Assembly: GCF_964204645.1 (NCBI RefSeq)
Contig: NC_134034.1
Span: forward strand, 4,872,914 to 4,936,913
DNA length: 64,000 bases
DNA from: Tubulanus polymorphus
Lineage: Eukaryota; Animalia; Nemertea
Reading direction: 5' to 3'
Position numbers and translations under genes: made by a program
Shown here: positions 12,566-24,830 of the stretch, piece after piece
Numbering within the stretch: position 1 is the stretch's first letter
Layout: each line of letters opens with the position of its first letter
Notes under the pieces: generated by a model
What the model saw: the letters and a program-made list of their open reading frames with translations, nothing else
Told to the model about the DNA's origin: nothing
Databases searched by the model: none

Positions 12566-13704
12566 TTATATAGGAGAAAAAAGCAAGAAAAATATTATAA
12601 GTATTATAAAATGATACTAGATAGTTAAAGTTAAAGAATTCTAGTATTGACTACTGATACTAGCTATTTGAATTTAAAGAATTTCTATTTGAATCTATTC
12701 AAAATATAAAGTATTCTCTTTTTGAAAAGAAAATATTAAAAATATAATAGAATTCACTAGCTAGTTGAAGTTATTGTTTTTTTATTATATTTTATTTAAA
12801 TTAGGATTTAATATCTCACTACTATTGTATATCTATTAGGAGCAGTAATTATAACTGTCCAGATAAGTCATTTCGGATTCTCGATAATAAATCCTAAAAC
12901 TGAAAATAAATTCAAAGAAACGACTGGTGGAAATACTATTTCATAAACACATATATTTTATTCTACGATCATCATCGATTTCCACATTCCTCACCGGGCG
13001 TCTGAGGCCCGGCAAGTTATGCGTGGAATGCAGGAATCAATAAAGTATAATACAACATCTGTCACTGTGTGTCATTAACAACAGCTTAATGACGCAATTG
13101 AAATTCCGACAAACGTAATGCATTGAAAGCCTATACAGTATGACTAAACTGCTACAGTCTCATGAGTTGAAATATCCATTATTTCTGATTCCACATCCAT
13201 CTATCTTCACTTTCTTGATTCAATGGTCTTCATTTTGTTATCTAAAAGATAAATATCTTGCGTAGAATAAAACTTACTTGAAGTTGTAGTTGTAAAATAT
13301 TAATTACAACACTTAAACATGGTCATTTGTGGCGCATCGTATCAGGGTAAGTTTTACATGTTTAACGTTTCCCGGCGTCTTAATAACAACAAAAACAATA
13401 ATTACATTTATTACTGTAAACTCCTAAAATTGTGATTATAGAGAGAATATCCTATGCGTTCCTATGCTTATGTGCTGCGCGCTTATAACTGCCAGTTATT
13501 CACTAGCTAAACACTGTCAGAGCAACATACGTTCCTTTGTAATGTAATTGATTAATCCTTTTCAACTGAAATAGCACATTCGGTCAATCTTCAAATGAGG
13601 TACACCCCATTCAACTGAATATAACGTGCGACAGATGCAAAGAGCTAATACAATTACATATAGACGGTTTGATATAGATCGAGAGTAACCAGTTTTCTAA
13701 GCGT

Positions 13705-14358
13705 TTAAGCTTCAACGTATTTTTCATTATGTGTTGAGTTCCATAATTCAACAAATGTCTTTGCTTTATCCAGTTGATCTAAATATAATTTCATATCTAG
13801 CTTGTTAGATTTAATTATATTTTCTTTCTTTTCTAAAGGTCTTAAATTTCTCCAGTTCCAGATTAGCTTCTTATTATAATCATCACTCATATCAAATTTA
13901 GAAATCGGCAACACATGATCAATGTGGAAGTATTCACCATAATTATCTATATTCATTTTATCATCAAATTGATATATTATCCATGATATGAAAAATTCAT
14001 CTGAACAACCCAATAAATTAGATAGTGTTTCTGAATGCGTTTCTTTGTTGAATAATTGTGTTAATCTAGATCTTAAGCATTGTTTCAATCTAAAATTAAG
14101 ATCTGTTTGATATCTTTCTCTCATATATTCTGCCATATAATAATTATAATGTTCTATATTATCTTCTCGTTATTGTTTGGTATATAGTTTAGTGCAAGTT
14201 TTACAGCAATATTGAAAACCATCTTTGCTAATCTTACGCTTACTAAATTCTGTTAAAGCTAATTTATCTAATTCACACTTAGAACACTTCTTGTAGTATA
14301 TATTTATAACATCAGTGTTATTTGTAATATTGATAGTTTGTGGTTGTTCTGGTTCCAT
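13705..14358 (-). pseudogene. HNH endonuclease with N-terminal zinc ribbon, in-frame stop at 14172-14170
   Basis: KKCSKC...CKTC ribbon in the same frame as FHIDHVLP...NWRNLRPLEKKENIIKSNK. Confidence 0.82.
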
Positions 14359-14643
14359 TTATTATACGTATTTTTTTACTAAATTGATTTTAGAAGTTAT
14401 TCATTTAAATGTTATTCATGTATATATATATATATGAATTATTTCAATCACACTTTACTAACACTTTGAATGTTTAAAAATCTAACTCATACAAATATAA
14501 ATATTGAAATAATGTTTAAAATATATCTATATATCTATTCTATAAGAGCTCGTACTCTCGTACTCTGGCTTGAAAGCCTACTTTTCTAATTACTTATATA
14601 TGTTATTCATGTATATTTTATTCATGTATATGAATATTTTAAG

Positions 14644-14691
14644 AGTAATAGGGGTTTAGTTGTTCTAGGTTAAAACTAAACCCCTATTACT
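14644..14691. repeat. Terminal palindrome of the Maverick (18-bp perfect arms, 12-nt loop)
   Basis: AGTAATAGGGGTTTAGTT (14644-14661) and AACTAAACCCCTATTACT (14674-14691). Confidence 0.9.
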
Positions 14692-14925
14692 AAGGTCCCT
14701 GGATCGTAGCGAGTGAGCCGCAGCTCCCGCAGTGTTCGAATTCAACTATATACTACACAATATTGGTCGACGTGTATGGTGTTTTTAATGCGAATTAGAA
14801 TTGTTTTAAATTCATCTGCATACCGATACAAATGTTTTTTTCGTCAAGATTATCCCGGGCGCATGCATAATTGATTTTAGTTCAAATATGTTCAAACAAT
14901 TTTTTTTTATTAAGAGAATATCCTG

Positions 14926-17411
14926 TAGTCAACGACGTGGTCTTTCGCGTCGAAAATCTCGAAAGCGACGAAGTCATGTACATACATTTCGACGTCCAAA
15001 GGTGTGATGCTCCGAGGGTCTGACGAGTCGAACAAGATCCGGCCCAAGAACCCGCCTACCCGACAGGCTTGGCGATTGGACCATTTAATTCGTTGTCCGA
15101 AACTGTTCTTATATCAATTTGCCACTTTATTATTGCAGGTCAAGCATAAAGACGAAGTGAAGGTATTGTTATAAGTACTTTCGCCCGGGAGCCATGGAGT
15201 CGCACTCCAATGGGAACAGAACAGTGGTAGGGATCCCGCCCTTACCATCTCTGAATCGACAAGTCGCGTAGATTACCGACAGTCTCGCCGAGAGGTCGAC
15301 CGGGCTCACCGGGCCCGTGTTAAAGCGGATATGGACGAGAAAGACCGCATTGCGGAGGAGGCCTACCAACTAGACGCGAGCTTTCTCGCGCAGCAGACGG
15401 ATATCGGTCTAGAGATTCGCCGAGATAGCGAACTGCCGAAGGAGTCAGCTCATCAGAAGTGGAGCAGTTCGCCTACGCCCGCAACTCCTCCTCCAGTAAC
15501 GCCGCTACCAGTCACACCGCCACCGATTGCTACGCCCGCGGCCGTGCCCTGTCGTCGGCCCGGATATGCCGGTTTATTCTCATTGTGTATGGAACGAGGG
15601 GGACGCACCCCTCTCTCAGCTGGAGGCGCCTCTAGATTCACCATGCGAGGCCGCCCGATCGCCGGTCGACCTTACCGCCGTCGCTCCCGTCGTGTCAGTG
15701 TAGCCGAAACTGGAAGGGAAATTTAAACTTTTGAACAACCAGGTAACGCCAGTCATTCCTACCTGCACAATCGATTAAGGGGATCAGCGGCTCCTTGACC
15801 TTGCCGACGCTGGCGTGCCCGACGTTATCGACGGCACCGGTTATCACGTAATACTCGTGCGTTAGGGAGAAGTCGGCTCTCCGTCAACATGTAGCCCCCA
15901 TGTCACGCTACATCATCACCCGACCGAAGCGGGCTCGGCGTATCAGTATTGTGGAACACCCACGGAAACGTTTGTCGGCACAGCGTGCATGGTTCTCACG
16001 GCTCATCACGGCATGGACTGGCCGCCCGTGCAGACCGAGATCGCACCGTGTTGCCGTGTGGGGCCTGGATCGCCAGCCCAGTCCGCCGTCCCGTGTGCGA
16101 ACGACTATAAGGATGCAAAGATTCCTCATTTGTGTTAATGTATTTTTACTTTTTACCTTTTGTACCGGTGTTCCGCTGGTTTCTGCGATATTGTCGGGGT
16201 CGTTGAGGGCCGAGCGGAGGCTGATTCGGAGTACTCCGTCCGACATATTATCTCTGCCGACAATGGCAGTCACCTATATTCACCATTACCCCTCTTTCAA
16301 ACACGCGGTCGTCGCTTTGCCTGCGTAACGTAGCCACTGAGTCTCGACAAGTTTACTTCAACGACATTTTCAATTTGGCGCGCTATCGTTGATTAACGAC
16401 AACGCTCGTCGTTGAAGGTCTGAACTATTTGAAGCTCCGTCGTACATTTCTTCGTCGCGCGTCCTACCTAACACTCGCGTCGTTATGGTCAACGCGCGTC
16501 TATGTCGACCTTATAGTTATCGGTCGTCTCTTTGGAACGAATCAGAATGATCTGGCTGGGGTCGTATATACTTATAAATATGTCGGGGCATTGGAAGCCG
16601 CGAAGGGGTGCGACTTTCGATATATCAAGATGTACAGAAATAATATAACTTGTATGCTGACGTGATGCCCTCACGGCACCGAGAACGATGAATCTGATAG
16701 TTGAAAAATATACATTCAATTGATCATTTTACATACTAATCAAACTTCACACTTGCCGTTATTTGATTTGCTGGCACCGGAAAGAAGAATGAGGATTTTA
16801 CGTTTTTTCTGCTGCATCGTACCTATTTAACTTAATATGAGGATCGCCCCTACTGACCCTCGTTACCGACGACACTTACGCACATGACTACTTTGACACA
16901 TCTGGCATGAGTCGCATTTAGCCCCTGAGATGGTGGGGGACAACTATGGTGCGAGTGGGCACTTGGAATGGGGGTAGCCATACCGGCCGAGTAATCAACA
17001 CTGAGATGTTCGTTTCGAGGAAAGCCCCTAATGCGGATTACTCACTGATAGCGGGAAAGGGGGTCTGTATCGAACTCACAGATTGAGGCCCCGTGGAGTA
17101 GGGAGGCGACTGTTTGGAGGAGAGCATACGGCGCTAGCGTCCTTTTTAACGATAAATATCATTAGAGGAACGAATTTTACTATTTATTTTGGCTTTAGAA
17201 GTTAAATTACGTACATGATTGATATTTTTCAAGGTACGGTTTTACTGTTATTGCACCGGATTATTTACTTTTTGCCGGATTCACTACCCGAGGCGGTCGA
17301 CCCAAGCGGACCCGTGTAGCGAACGCCCCAACACAATTGAGTGACCACGACTGCGCTATCTATGGACGTCTACAGTCACTATTTTACAATGTATTTACAC
17401 GAACCGCTACA
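14926..17411 (+). mobile_element. Diverged, internally deleted 3' portion of a relative of the Gypsy element at 49606-61099
   Basis: Homology to the integrase end, to ORF3 (DRIAEEAYQLDASFLAQQTDIGLEIRRD), about one copy of the 59-bp unit at ~16386, and LTR end ...ACCGCTACA at 17411. Confidence 0.88.
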
Positions 17412-17458
17412 ACTGCATCCTGTATTAGACTCTCTAGCCGCGGGCCTCTTAGTGTCGT

Positions 17459-18465
17459 TTTTCTTTAGCTCCGCTGTGACCGAAGTCCGTCCGTCCGTTC
17501 GGTGTCCGGCGTCAACTTTTTCTTTATATCCCTACTAGTCCTACAGTTCTGATGGGATCTTGATGAAACTTGGTATGAATGATCTATGGGGGAGTGCCTA
17601 CAAAAGTACAGAGACATAATTTTGATTTTGCATAAATTATGCAAATTAGGGCTATTTTTAGATTTTCACTAAAATCGCTACTCCTCCATCGATTTTCAGC
17701 GGATTTCAATCAAACTTGGTATGAATGATCTATGGGGGAGTGCCTACAAAAGTACAGAGCCATAATTTTGATTTTGCATAAATTATGCAAATTAGGGCTA
17801 TTTTTAGATTTTCACTAAAATCGCTACTCCTCCATCGATTTTCAGCGGATTTCAATCAAACTTGGTATAAATGATCTATAGGGGAGTGCCTACAAAAGTA
17901 CAGAGCCATATTTTTGATTTTGCATAAATTATGCAAATTAGGGCTATTTTTAGATTTTCACTAAAATCGCTACTCCTCCATCGATTTTCAGCGGATTTCA
18001 ATCAAACTTGGTATGAATGATCTATGGGGGAGTGCCTACAAAAGTATAGAGCCATACTTTTGATTTTGCATAAATTATGCAAATTAGGGCTATTTTTAGA
18101 TTTTCACTTAAATTGCTACTTCTACTCCAGTTTTCAGTAGATTTCAACCAAACTTCATATGAATGATCTATTGGGGAGTGCCTACAAAAGTATAGAGCCA
18201 TTCTATATCGAAGCAATTGCATAGATTTTTGATAAATTCCACTTGGTGCCTATACTTGGGGACTACAGTTTGTTCCACTTATGACTTCAGTTCCAACAGT
18301 TTGTCAGTTTAGAGTATGTTAGTATGATTATTGGTATTGTGGCCCTTCTCCAAGTGGCTATAATGTCCCTGAACATCTAGTTTCAAATAGATACTGATGT
18401 GATAGTCTATGCTCCAAGCCCCAACAAAGACAGCGGAGCTATATAAGCCGACAGGCTTCTTGTTT
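17459..18465 (+). mobile_element. Non-autonomous Helentron-associated element (HINE/DINE-1-like)
   Basis: 5' T-rich end with TAGCTCCGCTGT, (GTCC)n microsatellite, central tandem array, inverted copy ACAGCGGAGCTA at 18430-18441, 3' hairpin AAGCC-GACA-GGCTT followed by CTTGTT. Confidence 0.82.
17566..18200 (+). repeat. 146-bp tandem array, about 4.3 copies, inside the HINE
   Basis: Units start at 17566, 17712, 17858, 18004 and 18150; each full unit contains the palindrome TTGCATAA-A-TTATGCAA. Confidence 0.95.
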
Positions 18466-19509
18466 AATAATGAATTTATTTCCATGATATACATTAGTAC
18501 AAGACTTACAAAATAAAACTTACGAACCGCATTTAAAATGCATTTTATGCAAGTATGTGTCCGTTGTCATAGCTTCGGTCATGCTGGCTGTGGGTTGGTT
18601 TAGTATACTCCTTTTAATTGCCTTTGGGATACGGTTTTGAGGGTGCGGATCTGTTTTGAGGGTGCGGATTCTATTTTCGACGATTGTGATTACCGTTGGG
18701 TAACTATTAAGGGGTTGCTTTTCCTTCCCTCTGGTCATGTTACCGCGGCATATGACGCTTACAAACGATTGTACGTTTATATATGTTATCTTTGAGCTAT
18801 TAGGGAATTGCTATGGAAGCCCTGAGACGACATCTTGGGTTCACGAGTTCCCCAGTTCATGACTTCCTGAGTTTATGAGATTTCGAGTTTATTTGGGCAT
18901 GAACATCACTATGAAATTACGCGACTTAAAAAATCGTATTTTCAAGGTCAAGTGCCCTCTGAATAGCATATTGAGTAAAACCTATTTTTCAAATGACGTG
19001 TATAAATGATAAGTGTGTTACTAATTTGGATTTTGGTAAAGCCATTACTGAGAAATAAGACTTTAAAGTCGGCTTTTTTCACCAGCTTCCCATATACAGC
19101 ATATGCGCGTTTGCTGTGAAAAACTCACGATCGCTGACGTCTCTGTAGTCAAACACACATTTCCACGTGCGTTGTACCACTGAAGATGAACAAACTTTTT
19201 GTGCGCTTTATGGATAGCAACGCTGTGGCAAACTAATAGATTTTATTTTAAACAATGAACTTAGCTTTATCAGATAGATTTTATAACAATCCGTGGCGAA
19301 ATAAGCTCTGTCAATCTGAAATAATCCAACAGTTTCAAGTCTGTAATCCTGCACCGCATAATCACCGTTCGTAGCGTGTTTAATCCTTTTAGAAGTTGTT
19401 TAATTATGTTATTAAATTCTTTCCGGTGTACGGTTATACATAACCAAATAAACATGCAATGGATAGCCAGCAGTAGAGCTGTGAACTAATGAAGGAATGA
19501 TACAATAAT

Positions 19510-19740
19510 ATGTGTCTTATATAGCGCTAAATCCAGCCAGGCTGCTCAGAGCGCTTTACATTTTTCGATATTATTACCCCGGCCAATTTTATACTCTAAC
19601 ATGTATCAGTCATCTCTCCCTGGGGAGAAGTAACACCGAGCTGCTAACAAACGCTCAGGAGTCATCTATCAGGCCAGGTACCCATTTACTCCTGGGTGGA
19701 GAGAGGCAATGAGGATAAGTGTCTTGCCCGAGGACACTAC
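19510..19740 (-). mobile_element. 5'-truncated tRNA-type SINE (conserved core plus L2/CR1-like tail)
   Basis: Minus strand reads GTGTCCTCGGGCAAGACACTT...CTCTCTCCACCCAGGAGTAAATGGGTACC...AAAGCGCTCTGAG...GCGCTATATAA, typical invertebrate SINE core and tail motifs. Confidence 0.7.
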
Positions 19741-20129
19741 GGCATGTTTGATTTTATATATAGGCTATGAGTACTGAGTTCACACCTTGTATGTTTGTTT
19801 GGCTAAGATGACTCATGATTACGGCGCTGACATGCGGCTGCATATGCTATATAGGTCAAAACCCCACGTGATAAATTTTTTGCATTTAGTGGGAATGTGC
19901 CAATGATTCGTTTTCAACATGGCGGATGTTAGTTCCTAAAAGTCTTAGCGCTGCCAAAAGCTCCAGTTTCCTGCCAAAGTTTTTTGAAAAACAGTACCAA
20001 ACGTGGCCAGCAGCAAGATCTCATAGGATACTATAGCACAACCGAGTTTCAGTGTCGTGCACATTTTGAATGTACATTATTTTATATCGAACAAGTTGTC
20101 GCAAATTTGTATAAATTTGAGTACTGGTG

Positions 20130-21518
20130 ATATATAACCTGTACACGACCTGTGTATCGTCTTGCTCGAAGGATTACAACCCGTGAATTTGTGGTTTAAC
20201 TGCACTGCGTGTAACTCGTTGTGTAACTCCGATTCGGCAATTCGACGATTGTGCGACTATGGAAAGAAACGACCGGTGTTCTGGTGACAAACCAGAATCA
20301 GATTCTGTATCAGATATTGAATCCTTCATGAAAAGCTCGGTCGCTGGCATCATGAACCGCTTAAATGATATTCAGCTTGAGTAAAAACAAATGAGCGATA
20401 GTTTTGATTCTCTGAAAACCACAGTTCGTGCTCATGATACCGACATAAGTACTATAAATGAAAAACTACAAAACCAGTCTAAAACTATCGACGAGCTCTC
20501 CGATTCGGTTCAATACACCAGCACATCCTACGATGACCTTTTAAACGAAAACCAAAAGTTGACCTCAGACTTGAACTTCACATCAGGGAAAGTAAACAGC
20601 CTCACCACAAGCCTTAAAACTGCAAGGGCAGATATTTAAAAAAAACTAGAAAACCTCTGCATGGAGCTTCAGTGCCAAGTGAACTCGGGCCTTACTAGAA
20701 ACTGCTCCGATCCACTAGACTGTGCAGAACTCTGCATTATCGTGAGTGACTTCAAGAAAGAACTCCAGTCTGACCTCCAAAAAACTTGTGAAGAGATGTT
20801 TGGCTATCTTGGCCATAAACAAGCAATCACAGCTCACAAACAATTGCCGATTAGAAATGGTCAGAAAAATCTGCTTGTAAAAGTCGCGTTGAAGACGAAA
20901 GCCATTAAAATCGATGTTTTGCATAATCTTAAGAAACATAATCTTAGAAAAAACACTAAGTTTGCCGATGTCTGGTTGAGATCAAGCCAGTCCCTCGCCG
21001 AACGTCTCAATGACATAAACTTCCGAAGAGTTCTAGATTTCATACCGGAGGCCAAAAAAGAACTTAAAATAGCGAGTAATGGGCGACTGATAAGTCGCTC
21101 CGTGCCACAACGGCAGCCGATAAATCGCAACGCACCTGCTCAAAAAAAACCAAACCCCAGCGACAGAGTCCGATGCAACTGCAGCCCGTGATGAAAGTAC
21201 ATTTTCTCGTTTAACGTTTTGAGCTTCACCTTCCCTGCCATCCCAAGTTGCTGTTAATAATGAAGTAACAACTAGTGCAAACGAAACAACCAGCCGCAAG
21301 GAATACGCCGCACTGACCAACTCCACGAAACCGCGCATCCGTAAAACCACGCCTGCTGGTAATCGTAAGCGAGAAACCGTTAGACCTCCGGAAAAAAGAG
21401 CCAGAGTGGCATCTGAACAATCACCAGTTAACGAAGCGCTTCGAAACGCCAGGTTCGTCTTAGATATGGATAGTGGATTACACCTACCCTTACCGCTAGC
21501 AACTGCTCCAGAATAGGA
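20130..21518 (+). pseudogene. LINE ORF1 remnant (Cys-containing N-terminus, coiled coil)
   Basis: Fragments 20391-20639 (heptad-like) and 20661-21191 lie upstream of the endonuclease; boundaries approximate. Confidence 0.55.
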
Positions 21519-21537
21519 TTGCGCCGAGCCAGGAGAA

Positions 21538-24500
21538 ATAAGTATCCTATGCCTGAATATTTGTGGTTTGAAATCAAGATCATATACTGTAGAGTTTGAC
21601 TGTTTATGCAAGTCAGCGGATATTCTAGTTTTTTCAAAAACCAAACTTGATGATTCTGATGAATTGTGGGTAAAAGAGTATTTTAGAAGTGTCGGTTATG
21701 AAGTAGTTATGAACAACAGATCGAACCTAGCTATAAGGAAATCCGGTGGAATCCTAGTTGCTTTCAAGCAAAGCATAAATAGATCAAAACCATCCAAAAA
21801 TCAACCAATACCATTCGGTGGATTGAAATTGATAAGCGATTCCTAGGTCGGGACAAACACTTATTAATTGGAGGAGTATATATCCCCCCAGTAACTAGTA
21901 GATATGGAAATATTAACTTATTTGATTAACTTGACACTGACGTTTTAAATCGATTGAGTTCTACCGATGCTTACTATTGTCTATGCGGGGATTTCAATGC
22001 CTACACAAAGCAGTTACTAGATTATTTACCCCATGACGAAACACTCATGGAATTCATAGGTCTAGATGAAGTTTTTATGGAAGACCGTCATAACCTTGAT
22101 ATATTAAAAACGCAAGGTTTACTCAATAGGAAAAACAAAGACTTCTCTATCAATAATTGGGGTTATCGTTTGTTCGAATCACAATATGTTCATTCCAAAT
22201 GGCAGATTAGGTAGTGATAAAGGAATTGGGGAGTACACGTGCATTAAAGGGAAAAACAACCATGTTATTGATTATTTTATTATGTCTTCCTTATTGTTGT
22301 CAAAATGCGTGAACTTCAGTGTAAATGACTATGACCAAATGATATCTGACGTACACTGCCCTGTTACGTGTTCCTTCTCCATTTCACACGCGAGAAGTTT
22401 ATATACCAATGAACAAAATATTCTAACACACCAGGTAAAATTTAATGGAACAGTGGCCGAAGCGATGTTTTTAGAGAGGCGACTAACCAAACCGAACTAA
22501 ATAAAATAAATATCGAACTTCAAAATGGTACAATAGATAGCGCCTGTGCAAACAAGCGTATATGTGACATTTTAAAAACGGCAGCAGGGGCCACAATGGG
22601 CCGAAGCCGGGTTACCTCTGACAAACCAAGAACAGTGTTATATGACCATAAAGTGAAACGAGATCGTAGAATATATAGAAAAGCGAAAAGGAAATAATCT
22701 GAATTCGGCATATAAGAGATATAAGGCATCTATAAAGATGTCAAAACAAAATAGAATTAAATTGCATAATGACCAAATAGAAAAGTTGGCAAAAGATGAC
22801 CCGAAAGCTTTTTGGAAATATTTCCTAAAGGAAAACCCAAAGGGATGTAAAGCGTCGCTAGGTGATCTATTTGACCATATTTCCTTATTAACCAAAACCA
22901 TAGTAGAGAAAATGATACTCATCATTCTTTCAATGTAAGTGACTTTATTCATGATCATAATGATGATGCACTTAATAGGCTTATCACTGAGGGAGAACTA
23001 TCTAAATGCATAAAATGTCTCAAGAATAACAAAGCCTCTGGAAACGACGAAATCCTAAACGAATTTCTCAACACTGCAGAAAATGAAATCCTGCCTACCC
23101 TTGTTTCGTTCTTTAACAATATATTGAAAACGGGCTGCTTTCCGGAAGAGTGGGCAGCAGGTATTATCACCCCAATCTATAGAAATAAGGGAGATCCTTC
23201 CAATCCAGATAACTACAGAGGAATTACCCTACTGAGCTGTATGAGCAAATTGTTAACGAGCCTGATTAATAAACGTTTAGAGGAGTTTTTGATGGTAAAT
23301 CAATTACTGAATGAAAATCAAGCCGGATTTCGGAAAATCGTAGTATCATGGACCATATTTTCACACTGCATTCTCTTATAGGTATTTTGACTGGTAATAA
23401 GCGAAAACTTTATTGTATATTTATTGATTATCAAAAAGCATTTGACACAATATGGAGAAAAGCACTGTGGCATAAATTAATTTCAACTGGAATTACAGGA
23501 AATATTCTCCGAGTGATGCATAACATATACCAACATATCAAGTCCAAAGTCAAGGTGAATAACCAACTATCAGAAAGCATAGATAGTCAAATCGGATTAC
23601 GTCAAGGAGAGAATTTGTCACCAGTGCTTTTCTCCATATATGTCAATGACCTCGAGTCTTTCCTATACGAGAAAGGTTGTCAAGGATTCAATTTCCAGGT
23701 GGATGATTTCTGGTTTAACATAATTATACTTTTATATGCTGACGATACTTTATTATTATCCGACAATGCTCCTGCAAAATATACTTGACCATGTTGTCGA
23801 TTACTGCCAGACATGGCAATAAGTAATCAATATCGAAAAAAACCAAAGCCATAGTCTTTGAAAAAAGATGATCGAACAGACAGCCTATTTTCTACATAAA
23901 GGGGGGGGGGGTAGCTTTGGAAACAGTACCTGACTTTAGATATTTGGGAGTGCACTTTATTTACACTGGTAATTTTGCTAAATGCAAACAAAATATCTGT
24001 GACCAAGCGAAAAAAGCACTATTTTTGTACTGAAAAAGTACACCAATACTCTCTAACTATAGACATTGCATTTAGATTTTTTGATGCAATGGTTGGATCG
24101 ATCCTTACTTTTGGTAGTGAAATATGGGGTTTCTCGAACTTAGATGCAATCGAGAAAATACACCTCATGTTTTGCAAATACCTATTGAAATTGAAACGTG
24201 CAACACCAAACGCTATGGTTTACGGAGAATTAGGACAACTTCCCTTTGAAATACAAATAAAAGTCAGAATGGTTAAGTTTTGGGGACACCTGATTACTGA
24301 GAGAGAGCAACACTCATTCTGGTAAAATATATCGCATCCTATTAAGAAATCATGTAAATGGTAAGACCAGTAAATTGATAACTTGTATCCAGTCGATCTT
24401 AGAAAACTGTGGTCTAGGCTACATTTGGTACGAACAATCTTTCCCGAACTGCCGTTATTTGTCAGAAATTGTTAAATTACGTTTACAAGACCAATCTAAA

Positions 24501-24830
24501 CAGAAATGGCACCAGACTATTGAAGCCTCAACAAAACTAGATGCATATGGAATTATTAAGCTGAATTGGGGGCGGGAAATATGTTCACGAGCATTACCAT
24601 TTGACCTAAGGACAAATTTAATACGGTTCCGTTGTTTTAACCATAACCTACCGATTGAAACGGGAAGATATGAAAATATTCCCCGGAATGAACGACTCTG
24701 TACCAAATGTGACCTAGGAAAAATTGGCGACGAATACCATTTCATAATGGAGTGTACTTTTTGAAAGTTTAAGAAGTCGCTACATACCGCAACAACTAGT
24801 AAATATCCCTAACTTAAGAAATGAATCTTT
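21538..24830 (+). pseudogene. LINE ORF2 remnant: AP endonuclease, reverse transcriptase and C-terminal Cys/His domain
   Basis: LNICGL, GDFNA, IDYF and SDVHCP (APE); NYRGITLL, FIDYQKAFDT, GLRQGENLSP and LLYADD (RT); HNLPIETGRY...CTKC...DEYHFIMEC (RTEX-type tail). Confidence 0.9.

Larger units (their letters stand above)
1..14691. mobile_element. Maverick/Polinton (adintovirus-like) endogenous viral element, right part, decayed
   Basis: Very AT-rich, intronless, tightly packed block with pPolB, two capsid genes, packaging ATPase and rve integrase. It ends in ...TATTACT at 14691, matching the Polinton AG...CT terminus, with an abrupt composition change afterwards. The left end is outside the window, so TIR pairing and the 6-bp TSD (candidate AAGGTC, 14692-14697) cannot be confirmed. 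Confidence 0.93.

Noticed and set aside
12978-13030. Self-cleaving ribozyme or group I intron around the HNH gene
   Set aside because: I could not find hammerhead, HDV or group I core motifs; only simple stems.
1-14691. Stop-codon reassignment in the Maverick
   Set aside because: Stops are of all three types, appear to replace different residues and co-occur with frameshifts, which fits decay.
1-14691. Claim that this Maverick lacks a maturation protease
   Set aside because: None is visible, but the left part of the element is outside the window.
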